64,000 nt of DNA from Eledone cirrhosa (taxonomy: Eukaryota), in NCBI GenBank assembly GCA_964016885.1, contig OZ024744.1:34162001-34226000 (forward strand). Reading direction: 5' to 3'. The notes under the pieces are model-generated. The model searched no databases. It had not been told where the DNA came from and worked only from the letters and a program-made list of their open reading frames with translations. Positions 1 to 11,459 of the stretch are shown here, piece by piece (position 1 is the stretch's first letter; every line of letters starts with the position of its first letter). A program made the position numbers and the translations under genes.

Positions 1-2823
1 GTGGTATACTGTAGTATGATGTGATATATTGTAGTGTGATGCGATATAGTGTAGTGTGATGTGATATATTGTAGTGTGGTGTGATATAGTGTAGTGTAGT
101 GTGCTATAGTGTAGCGTGGTGTGGTATACTGTAGTGTGGTGTGGTATAGTGTAGAGTGGAGTCGTATATTGTAGTGTCGTGTGGTATATTGTAGTGTGGT
201 GTGGTATATTGTAGTGTGGTGTGGTGTAGTGTGGAGTGGTATATTGTAGTCTGGTGTGGTATATTGTAGTCTGGTGTGGTATATTGTAGAGTGGTATGGT
301 ATAGTGTAGTGGGGTGTGGTATATAGCAGTGTAGTTTGATATATTGTCGTTTGGAGTGGTATATTGTAGTGTGGTGTGGTATATTTAGTGTAGTGTGATA
401 TAGAGTAGTGTGGTGTGGTATATTTTAGTGTGGTGTGGTATATTGTAGTGTGGTGTGGTGTGGTATATTGCAGTATGATGTGGTATATTGCAATGCGATG
501 TGATATATTGTAGTGTAGTGGGATATATTGTAGTGCGGTGTGGTGTGGTATATTGTAGTGTGAAGTGGTATAGTGTAGTGTGGTGTGGTATATTCTAGTG
601 TGGAGGGATATAGTGTAGTATAGTGTGGTATAGTGTAGTATGGTGTGGTATATTGTAGTGTGGTGTCGTATATTGTAGTGTGGAGTGGTATAGTGTAGTG
701 TGGTGTGGTATATTGTTGCGTGAAGTGGTATATTGTAGTGTGGTGTAGTATATTGTAGTTTAGTGTGATATATTGCAGTATGGATTAGAATATTGTAGTG
801 TGGTGTGGTATATTTTAATGTGATGTGGTATATTGTAGTGTAGTGTGGTATATTGTAGTGTGGTGTGGTATATTGTAGTGTGGAGTGATATTTTATAGTG
901 TGGTGTTGTATATTGTAGTGTGGTGTGGTATATTGTAGTGTGGTGTGGTATATAGTAGTGTGGTGTGGGATACTGTAGTTTGGTGTGGTATATCGTAGTG
1001 TGGTGTGGTATATTGTATTGCGGTGTGATATATTGGAGTGTGGTAGTATAGTGTAGTATGATGTGATATATTGTAGTCTGGAGTGGTATGGTGCAGTGTA
1101 GTGTGATATATTGTAGTTTGGTATGATATATTGAAGTACAGTGCGATATATTGTAGTGTGGAGTGGTATATTGTAGTGTCGAGTGGTATAGTGTAGTGTG
1201 GAGTGCTATAGTGTGGTGTGGTTTGATATATTGTAGTGTGGTGTGGTATAGTGTAGTGTAATGTGATATAGTGTAGTGTAATGTGATATATTGTAGTATG
1301 ATGTGATATATTGTAGTGTGGTATGATATATTGTAATGTGGTGTGGTATAGTGTAGTGTGATGTATATTGTAGTGTGGTGTGGTATAGTGTAGTGTGGTG
1401 TGGTATAGTGTAGTGTGATGTATATTGTAGTGTGGAGTTGTATAGTGTATTGTGTAGTTGTATATTGTAGTGTGATCTAATATATTGTAATGTGGTTTGA
1501 TATACTGTAATGTAGTGTGATATATTGTAGTGTGGTGTGATATACTGTAGTGTGGTGTGGTATATTGTAGTATGGTGTGGTATATTGTAGTGTGATGTGA
1601 TATATTGTAACGTGGAGTTTGTATAGTGTAGATTAGTGTCGACATATTGTAGTGTGGTGTGATATATTGTAGTGTAGTGTGATATATTGTAGTGTGGAGT
1701 GGTATATTGTAGTATAGTGTGATATATTGTAGTGTGGTGTGGTATATTGTAGTGTGATGTGATATAGTGTAGTGTGTTGTGGTATATTGTAGTGTGGTGT
1801 GGTATATTGTAGCATGGTGTGATATATTGTAGTGTGATGTGATATATTGTAGTGTGGTGTGATATATTGTAGTGTGGTGTGGTATATTGTATTGTAGTGT
1901 GATGTGATATATTGTATTGTAGTGTGGTGTGGTATATTGTAGTGTAGTGTGATATATTGTAGTGTGATATGGTATAATATAGTGTGGTGTGATATATTGT
2001 AGTGCGGTGTGGTATAATGTAGTGTGGTGTGGTATACTGTAGTGTGATGTGATATATTGTAGTGTGGTGTGGTATATTGTAATGTGGAGTGGTATATTGT
2101 AGTGTAGAGTGATATATTGTAGTGTGGAGTGGTATATTGTAGTGTAGTGTGATATATTGTAGTGTGGTGTGTTATATTATAGTATGGTGTGATATAGTGT
2201 AGTGTAGTGTGGTATATTGTAGTGTTGTGTGGTATACTGTAGTGTGATGTGATATATTGTAGTGTGGTGTGGTATATTGTAGTATGGTGTGATATAGTGT
2301 AATGTGGTGTGATATATTGTAGTGTGGTGTGATATATTGTAATGTGGTGTGTTATATTGTTGTATGGTGTGATATACTGTAGTGTGGTGTGATATATTGT
2401 AGTGTAGTGTGATATATTGTAATGTGGTGTGGTATACTGTAGTATGGTGTGATATAGTGTAGTGTAGTGTGGTATATTGTAGTGTGGTATGGTATACTGT
2501 AGTATGATGTGATATATTGTAGTGTGATGCGATATAGTGTAGTGTGATGTGATATATTGTAGTGTGGTGTGATATAGTGTAGTGTAGTGTGCTATAGTGT
2601 AGCGTGGTGTGGCATACTGTAGTGTGGTGTGATATAGTGTAGTGTGATGTGATATATTGTAGTGTAGTGTGATATATTGTAGTGTGGTGTGGTATACTGT
2701 AGTGTGATGTGATATATTGTAGTGTGGTGTGGTATACTGTAGTATGGTGTGATATAGTGTAATGTAGTGTGGTATATTGTAGTGTGGTGTGGTATACTGT
2801 AGTGTGATGTGATATATTGTAGT
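1..2823. repeat. 20-bp minisatellite, consensus about GTAGTGTGGTGTGGTATATT, built of 5-mers; runs off the left edge
   Basis: Periodicity is directly visible and nearly strict from ~1630 to 2823. The + strand is almost devoid of C. Confidence 0.95.
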
Positions 2824-3683
2824 AGGTTGTCGTGTATCTGACCTTGATCTAGCCTGTGTTTTGTTTACATTGTATATTGTGGAACATTTGTTTCTGTAAA
2901 TATCTATAACATACCCCTCCTCATGTCAAGATTGTTTTTTCCTATTTGGGACTTGGTACTCAGAAGGTCTGTTCTGGAATTTTCTGGTCGGAATCTCTGG
3001 TAGCTTTTGTGTAATTTTGTGTGTGAGTCTGTGTGTGTATGTAAAGGTGTATTTATATAACTGTATCTTTGTAAAGATATATTTACATATATACATCGAA
3101 GGTGCGTGCGATGCTGATACCGCTGAGCCCTCTAACCTTGGGAGTACTGAATACTTTGATAGATGCAGAGTGGATATAGAGATAGGTAACATCACGACCG
3201 CGTCACCAGCCGATACCGCTGGCACCTCGTTTTGGCAGACTACCTATAATAACACCATGTCTGCCAGTATCAAAGACCGAATATAAGAAATTGACAGCGA
3301 AGATACGTACGCATTGACACATCACCATCCCCACTACTCTGGTATAGAAGAACTGCCTCGACCTTTGTCTGACTGTAGCTATTCTGCACGCACGCGCGCC
3401 CTACAGAGTAGTTCAGTTACCCGGAGATTTACCCTTCTGCATTGTTGAGCCTTCCAAAACGACCAATTTTATTATTCCACAATCCTTCAAGTAAACTTCA
3501 ACACTCTCTTATCTCTACACCTCGACAACCCATTCCACCCCCACCCTGCCAACTACGAATTCGACACGAAACTCATCAGGTTGAAACACTCCATCTCTGA
3601 AATCCAACATAAACACACACACGCACAACACACATCCTCACTAAATCTCAACTCACCACTCTCTCCAACGTGAAATCGAGGAC

Positions 3684-5263
3684 CTCATCTACCTCCCCTC
3701 TGACAAGGGAAAAGAATTCTGCGTCATCAGCAGAGAGGCCTACAACACCCTAGCCCTCCAACACCTTGACGATGACAGTCTCTACTCTAAAGTCACAGGG
3801 ATCACTCCCACGGAGATAGACGAGCACATCAGCGCCGCCTGGACCAACATTTGCGACAGAAGCTCCCGAAGAAGCTTAGAAACAACCTCCTCAAGAGGAA
3901 CAGCAGACTACCCGCCTCCTATCACCTCGTGAAAACCCACAAACAGGGACCCGACCTGAAAATCAGGCCTATTGTATCGAGCGTGGAAGGACCGCTCTAC
4001 AAAATGTCATGGCTTCTAGCCAAAATATTTAAACCCCTACTGAACACCTTGCCGGGACACGTCAACAGTTCCGAGGAAGTGGTGGAGCGTCTACACCAAA
4101 TGGATACCGACACCCGAAAGGCTAACAGGTACGCCTTCAGCCTTGAGGTGGTCGCCCTCTACACCTCTGTCCCGGCCCTCGACATACTGACAGAATGTGT
4201 CCAGTCCACCAACGTACACTGCTTCGAGCTTACCCCCACTGACATCCACCAGCTCCTATCCGTTGTCGTTGACAACACATATTTCAATTTTCTCGACCAA
4301 ACATACCAACAGACCTTAGGGCTGCCCAAGGGCTCAAGTCTGTCAGGGGTGCTAGTGATCTTGTACATGGACAGCCTCGAACGCAAGGCACTCAGTACCT
4401 GCCACCCCAACGCCGTCGCCTTCTCAAGATACGTGGATGATATCCTCATCCTCACATCTTCCCAGGAGATGGCAAAAGGTATTTACGAGACGTTCAGCAA
4501 CACGGACGAGAATATTGACTTCAGTGTTGAACACCCCAATGACGACGAGTCCCTTGCCCTCCTCGACTTCCGAATCAACATCACAGAGCATGGAGGGATC
4601 AACACCAACTTCTACCGCAAGGCAGCCTGTAGGGACTTGTTCGTCTACTACAAATCTGCCCTTCCCAACAGTGCTAAAAGAGGGTACATCACAAACGGGA
4701 TCATGCGGATAAAAAACAGATGCAGCGCTCCCGTGAGTGGTGTCGGCCATACCAAGAGGTTCCACAGGGTGCTGGGGATGAATGGATACCCAGCATCATT
4801 TACAAGCAGAATAAGGGACACCAGATACAAGAGGCAGAGAAACACCCAATGCAAGTGCTTTCTTAAAATCCTGCACCTGGGCGAGAAAAGCACCAACGCT
4901 ATCCACAGAGCCATACGGGGGGAGGGTCTCGACATCTACTTGGCCCACTCAGGGCCCTCCCTACGGAGATGCCTCTCCAGGAAACCCGAAAAATTGGCTG
5001 ACGCATATTCCCTCAGTAACTGTCCGATGTGCCAGAGGAACTGTTGCTTACGCACGTACGTTGTATACAAGGTAGAATGTGACAAGTGTAACGTCTTCTA
5101 CATCAGTAGCACCATCTGGCCACTACATGTCCGGATCAAGGAACACATCAACACTAGGGCCTGGTCTTTCCGGAAACATATAATCAAATGCAGAAACAAA
5201 GACGGAAAGCCCATTGTCACAGTGGTAGCGACGGAACACAACGTCAGCTCTTTAAGAATCTAG
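3684..5263 (+). pseudogene. PLE reverse transcriptase + C-terminal GIY-YIG endonuclease, frameshifted near 3855
   Basis: Upstream frame reads LIYLPSDKGKEFCV (PLE DKG motif). ORF 3851-5263 has IRPIVS, FSLEVVALYTSVP, QTLGLPKGS, RYVDD, LLDF, then CPMCQRNCC..VVYKVECDKC..YISST..RIKEH (GIY-YIG with Zn motifs). Confidence 0.9.
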
Positions 5264-5337
5264 AAAGCACTTTGGATCAAACGTCTCGAAACCACAAATA
5301 AATAACCGATCCGAGAAAAGTGAGGCGAGATGGCTGG

Positions 5338-5384
5338 TGTAACAAATGAATTGCTGGCCTTGTGCCTAAAGTAGAAACAGTTAT
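5338..5384 (+). mobile_element. 3' fragment of the tRNA-derived SINE inside the PLE 3' region
   Basis: ttgctggccttgtgcctaaagtagaaaca matches the SINE tail at ~5935-5963. Confidence 0.6.
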
Positions 5385-5778
5385 TGTGTATATATCGTGT
5401 CCACCACCCACCGACTGACAGACAACAAGCAAGCAGACTACCTATAATAACACCATGCCTGCCAGTATCAAAGACCGAATATAAGGAATTGACAGCGAAG
5501 ATACGTACGCATTGACACATCACCACCCCACTACTCTGGTATAGAAGAATTGCCTCAACCTTTGTCTGACCGCAGCTATTCCACGCGCACGCGCATCCTA
5601 CAGAGTAGTTCAGTCGTATGCACACGGTAAACAACAGAGGCCACGTGTTGACCCTCTCCGACAAAAAAACAACCTTTTACCCCTCAAAAAAAAACCAGTT
5701 GATGGATGCAAAATCCAAAATATAGGGACAATTAAATCACTTCCAATCACTATCTCGTGTTATTATTTTTACACTCAA

Positions 5779-5968
5779 GGGCGATGGATTGGCAGTATCG
5801 GTAGAGGGTCGGACGCCATGCTTTCCAGCATAGTTACGTCCCTTTACGATCTGAGTTCAAATCCCACTGAGGTTAACTTTGCCTTTCATCCTTACGGGGT
5901 CGATAAAATAAAGTATCAGTAATGTACTGGGTAATTGCTGGCCTTGTGCCTAAAGTAGAAACAATTAT
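5779..5968 (+). mobile_element. tRNA-derived SINE, family A
   Basis: B-box-like gagttcaaatcc, core ctttgcctttcatccttacggggtcgataaaataaagt, tail gctggccttgtgcctaaagtagaaacaatta. Near-identical copies at ~40732, ~41033 and ~52735. Confidence 0.85.
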
Positions 5969-6342
5969 ATAGATTTGTTATTCTGTTTCCAGTTCAAATC
6001 TCACCGCTGTTGACTTAAACATTGATGTAGTAGCCATATTTCGATCAATTATAACTTTGCACAGTAAACGTGTAAACGATGAGAGTGTGTCAACGTGAAA
6101 ACGGTTGAAAGACAAGATAATATCTATAACGAAATGAGGAATAAAGATAATATTTGTCCCAGAAACACAATGTACCACAGCAATATAATAATAGTAATGA
6201 CTTTTAAACATAATCTCTGAGTTAATATAAGATAGTGTAAATAAACTATATACTCAGCAAGTCATTATTTCTACAAATACAATAATTATATCACCTCAAT
6301 TTAGATCTTATTCAAAAATTGTGCTGAATTGAACTTTAGGTG

Positions 6343-6590
6343 CATCATCATCGTCATCGTCATCGTCTTCTTCTTCTTCTTCTTCTTCTTCTTACAAGTA
6401 AAGGCTCTACCAGGAGTGATATCTGAGCTACGCACTTTATCGAGTAACGTTACTCCAAAGACCCTTCAGAGGAACCCCAATTCGGCCACTTGTATTGGCG
6501 ATCCTATTCTTTCGGTCATTGCCCAAGATTCATGACCAAAGGAAAGGGTTAGCACGAAACCCGAATTGAAGATAGCGAGTTTGGTACACA
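6343..6590 (-). mobile_element. RTE LINE 3' fragment next to a (CAT/CTT)n repeat
   Basis: Reverse complement resembles the RTE piece at 33800-33990 (HESW.MT.RI..PIQVAE.GFL.RVFGVTLLDKV). Confidence 0.65.
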
Positions 6591-6789
6591 TGAATCAGCA
6601 AGAGAGTACCTCCTCGATTTAAGGCTTTTAACACCTCGGACCGGATTTCATTTTATCCAGTCACCTCGCCACATTTGAGCGTTTTAATTGCTTTTTAAGA
6701 CCTCAGCCCCCGAGAGATCAGTCATTGCTCCCCGATGCATCTCGTGTACATCAGAAGATGCGGTTATACTCGAGTTGAGGTAATCAGCA

Positions 6790-7092
6790 AATTATTCTCT
6801 CCATCTCGTAAAGATGCATCTCTCTGAAGAGAGGTTTTTCTATTGACTAAACGTAAATCAACAAAAAAGCACTTCTCATTTATAGTAAAATTTGGCTAAT
6901 TTAAGACATTTTGTCTATGGCAAAAAATCACTAGAATTATGACAACAAAAATGATTAGTTAATGCCTCTACTTTTTTAACATTTTCCCTTTATTTTTTTT
7001 CTCCATAAATGATATCACTGATTTAAAATCGATCATCATTTTCTTACAAAAAAAAAGTGTGAAACGCAGCAAGGCGCGGGTAGTTCGTCTAG
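6790..7092 (+). mobile_element. Helitron-type 3' end; left boundary uncertain
   Basis: GC-rich imperfect hairpin cgcagcaaggcgcggg followed by CTAG (7089-7092) then T. Confidence 0.5.
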
Positions 7093-7105
7093 TATATATA
7101 TATAT

Positions 7106-7705
7106 ATACAAGTTAATATAAATTAATATATTTGATAAACACAAATACCAACATATCCATGTTTGTATTGTAAATGACTAAGTTAGCTAGATTGAAAAAT
7201 ACTAATTATAATAATATAGTTTGCCTGTCTCGATTTAAAATAATAAATCAATAAAAACAAAGTATATTGGCAAATGGCCGTGGTGCTTGGACAAATTTAA
7301 ATTTCAAAATCAAACCTGTTTCTGTGCTTGCTGAGGAGATATAAATGCGGTATTTGTTCCACTTTTTCATTTTTCGAAACATATTTGGATTTTAAGGTTT
7401 AAATCTGTCTACGAAACAGGTTTGATTTTGAAATTTAAATTTGTCCAAGCACCACGGCCATTTGCCAATATACTTTGTTTTTATTGATTTATTATTTTAA
7501 ATCGAGACAGGCAAACTATATTATTATAATTAGTATTTTTCAATCTAGCTAACTTTAGTCGTTTACAATACAAACACGGATATGTTGGTATTTGTGTTTA
7601 TCAAATATATTAATTTATATTAACTTGTATTACACGGCTCAGAAATACTTCTTTCTTTGAGCTATTTCATTGTAAAGGACTGCCTGAGTTTTGAACTCAT
7701 TAATA

Positions 7706-7706
<1 letters not shown>
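7106..7706 (+). mobile_element. Non-coding fold-back element: ~217-bp inverted arms, 90-bp loop and unpaired tail, between (TA)n tracts
   Basis: Arms 7106-7322 and 7413-7630 differ by two substitutions and one indel by eye. Contains a hammerhead motif. Confidence 0.85.
7324..7452 (+). ncRNA. Type I hammerhead ribozyme motif
   Basis: Stem I gtgcttg (7324-30) / caagcac (7446-52). Core CTGAGGA 7331-37. GAAAC at 7376 and 7413, each followed by a pairable stem III ending in GTC (7407-09, 7443-45). Confidence 0.65.
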
Positions 7707-7741
<35 letters not shown>

Positions 7742-9975
7742 TCACTGACTGCTCAGTCTCGGAAGACCATGCTTAATGTGTCTGGAATTATGCCTAGTCA
7801 TTGGCATCGTCTGCCGTGACTCTGCAGACTGATGAGTGAGTGACAATCCTTGTTTCAGTTTGTGCAGATACATGTGGAATCCTGCGTTGTTGTAATGTCT
7901 GCAATGTGTTTTTTTCGGTCCCTCTTTTAGCTGCAAGTTGACCTCTTTTCACATATGCATCTGTGATGCCTCTGCAGACGCTTTGACGCCAAGTATCTTG
8001 GTCCTCAACCTGCATCTTCCAGCTGGAAAACGGGATGTGGCAGGTTTTCATGGCTGTCTTGCATGCATCCCTTAAACGGAGCGAAGAGCGACCCACTCGC
8101 CTAGTACAGGGTGTCTTTTGAAAACTTCCCATCCTCTATACGCCGAATAAGACGGTGCTTAACCAGCAGAGAATACAAGCTGGGAACGCTAGTACGTTGT
8201 AGGATGTCATTGTGTGGGATATACTCCTACCAGCTGAGACACCGCATGTTGGAGATGTTGAGCTGTCGTTCTTGCCTCATGTAGGTGCTCCAGGTTATAT
8301 TTCCGTAGAACACAGGCCTGGCAGACTCTGATCTTGGTGTGTTCTATCAGTGCCTTCTCCCACACCCTCAGTCAGTTTAGTAATGATGGTGTTTGACTTC
8401 CCAAGCCACCTGTCAAGTTCAACGTCGAGTGAAAGGGTGTTGCTGATTGTAGACCGCAGGTAGATGAAGTTGTCCACAGCTTCCAGGATGACATTATTTT
8501 GACTTTGATTGAGGCAGCCATATTGACATCCTGTGAATTGACTTACAATAAGCCCGAACTGCTTGCAAGCATCAGCAAAGTGATCACTCAGTCTCTGGAG
8601 AGCTCCCTAAGAATAATCCGTTAGGACCGCATCATCAGCAAAACGCATCTCCCTATGAACACCCACCTCACCTTTGTCTCCGAGCGCAGCTGTGATAGAT
8701 GAGAGTTTGCCGTCTGATCTGGTGTGCAGGTAGATGCTGTCATTGGATGTGTCAAAGTCTTAGGACAGGAGCAGAGAAAAGAATATCCCAAAGAGGGTCG
8801 GTGACAGCACATACTCCTGCTTAACACCACTGTTGATGGGGAAGGGGTACGAGGAGGATCCATCATACAGGACTGTTCCCTTCATGTCAGTATGGAAGGA
8901 GATCACTAGCCTGTGGAGGTTTGGAGGGCAGCCGATCCTCCTGAGAAGTTCGAATGGGCTCTCTCTCTGCTGGCCAGGTCAAAGGCCTTGGTAATGTCTA
9001 TAAACATCATGTAGAGCGGTTGACCCTGCTGTCTCCTCTACTGAATCTGATGAAGGGAAAATATCATGTCGTTTGTTGATCTGTCTGTCTTGAAACCACA
9101 TTGGAATTACGGATAGACACGATCCGCCAGCAACTGCAGCCTGTTGAGGAAGATGCGGGCACACACATTTGCAACAATTCCCAGGAGTGAGATTCCTCTA
9201 TAATTATTGCAGGCACATCGGTCACCTTTGTTTTTGAAAGCTTCACAATTGTGGCGTTGCGCATGGCATGAGTGGCTGCATCACCTCCGAGAAGAGACAG
9301 AGCGGCTTATACAGTGCTTGGAGCAAGGCAGGTTTCCGTATTTGATGGCTTGAGGTGGGATGTTATCGGTACCTGGTGCTTTGTCGGCTGGGAGGGAGTT
9401 GATAGTAGTCTGTCTAGTTCCTCTATGGTGGGCAGTTCCCCTATACCACTGAGTGCGGCGTCAGAGACAGATGTTCATCAGGAGTACAGTTCTGAATAAT
9501 GCTGTCTCCATGTAGCCCTCGAGGTCAGTGATATGCTCTCCCACCAGAGATCGCAAGGGAGCAGTCCCTTTCACAGCGTGGACTAGGTCCTTCTTTATGC
9601 CATTGTACATGCCACGGATGTTTCAGTTTCGGCACCACATTGGATTTCCTCGCAGAGTTTTTTCCCAGTAATCATGGGTGCACTGTTTATTGATACATTG
9701 AGTAGTGCTCCGAGCATCTCTGAAGGCGGCGAGCGGCTGTACATTGAGGCATAGTTTGTGCTCCAAGAAGCTTTGAACTGTAAATGGCATCCTTCGTAAC
9801 ATTCAATTTCGTTGAGGGGTCATTGTCTGGTAGGTCCTGTAGAACTTGGTTCAGTGTAGATATATATTCTTCCACTCTGGTGGGAACGTACATCTGTGCA
9901 GTGTTGATACGAGAGCGACACTTTTGTTTGGAGGGATAGTGTGCGGGGTTGTAGGCGCATTTTGCAGCTGACATG
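7742..9975 (-). mobile_element. Decayed RTE LINE (RT to 3' end)
   Basis: Fragmentary ORFs: MRNATIVKL.K.K, YLRSTISNTLSLDVELDRWLGK, GR..LRLRDACK. Confidence 0.85.
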
Positions 9976-9989
9976 GGCATGGTCGGTAA

Positions 9990-10640
9990 CACAGATGAGA
10001 TGAACCCAGAAATAAGGGGAGGACCAGGAATGAATATCTTCAAAAAGTAAATAGAATATGGTTATCAGAACTCTCGGCGTACAGCAAGCAGATAGCCCAT
10101 ATTACTGTTGATGTGAAACTCCTAACGACAACATTTAGCCTGCAAAACAAGTCATTGCAAGGACTAAGTGAGATGGATTTAAGAACTTGCAAGCTGCTCT
10201 GTGTTACAGGAAACTTTAACATCAAAGGTGATGTGGATTGTCTATATTTCTCACAAAAGGAGGGTGGCTGGGGCCTAAAATCAATTTAACATCATACAAG
10301 GCCCGGATAATAACACTGAAGTAACATCTTCATAAAAGAAAACGGTCAGCAGCAGTCCTGCCCAGCTTTATTAGCATGAAAATAACAGCATTGTTGGGAT
10401 AACCACTGATCTAGAAGAGAGACATAAATTATCGAAACACTCTGCTCAATGCTCAGACAACATTTTTTAAAAAATGGTCCATTTCACTGAGACGGATGTA
10501 CATGGGTATTTGAGAGATAAAACAAAGACCATAGAGAGAATAACCCATACTAAAAGACTGACATAGACTTCCAATAAATTCAAAACATCCCACCTTGAAG
10601 GATATCACCATGTCATGCAGGAACAAGAAGTCCTTACTAA
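9990..10640 (+). mobile_element. Decayed R4/Dong-like fragment
   Basis: Clear nucleotide similarity to 50600-51240 (e.g. ggaaactttaacatcaa.ggtgatg.ggat, gggtggctggggc.ctaaaatc). Confidence 0.75.
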
Positions 10641-11459
10641 GTATCTACAGTACAAAAGAGAAAGGTATTCAGTTGCGTTTATCCGATAAACGCTTACACA
10701 TAAGACGTAGAAAATTTGCTTTCTTTATAACTTTGCCACCAGGAAGGTGGCTGATCAATGTTAAGAGAAAGAAAATACATATATATATATAGGAAAAGAG
10801 TCAGGACCACGACGGCTGAGCTCCTGCCGTTTCGATAGCTAGATCCGAACTAAATCAGTAGTATTATCAAGGGGTACAGTCCATATATGGGCATGCAGTC
10901 AAAACAGAGTAGACGTATCAAATCAAACAATCCTACAAATTGTTGTTTTTCTTGTCTTTCACGGGGAGTGGTCAATGATTTTGGGATGTCATATACATGG
11001 TTAAATCCTTTATAGAGGCGGGAAAGGGGGGGGATGAACTGTCCTGTAGAACAAAGAGGAGGGAGTAAGATGACATTCCAACCTGTGGATACCAAGCCGG
11101 TCAATCGTTAAGAGAGAAATCTTTACAACTATCTCTAAAATAGGGGTAAAATCAGCATATGAGAATCACTGAATGTTGTAGAGTGAACGTGGGTAAGCCA
11201 GGTCTAACAGTTGGCTAAAGAGCAAATCAAAAAGAAGTTAACACTAATTAAATTCCTAATTAATAAAATTTAGTTATCAGTTATTCTCCTGCACTGGAAC
11301 AGCACCTCAATATAGTAATTTACCAATATTATCTTCTATAATGATACACACAAAAGAAAGAAACCATGGCTATGTGTTCGGCCGGTACTATGTATATTTA
11401 ACAAGAGGGAAAATATTCGGGTTAACCTAAGGAAGAAAGGAGACTGAATATAATAGTAT

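Larger units (their letters stand above)
3235..5614 (+). mobile_element. Penelope-like retroelement (possibly Naiad clade) with ~180-bp direct terminal repeats (pLTRs)
   Basis: Direct repeats 3235-3417 and 5433-5614 (gcagact..cctataataacaccatg...cagagtagttcagt) flank an RT + GIY-YIG frame. Confidence 0.9.

Noticed and set aside
893-1815. His/Thr/Tyr-rich ORFs
   Set aside because: Translation of the minisatellite; no evidence of coding.
1-2823. Telomeric repeat
   Set aside because: G-rich and strand-biased but heterogeneous 20-mers, not TTAGGG-type; subtelomeric location cannot be judged from this window.
5779-5875. tRNA gene
   Set aside because: Only box-like motifs of a multi-copy SINE head; no cloverleaf.
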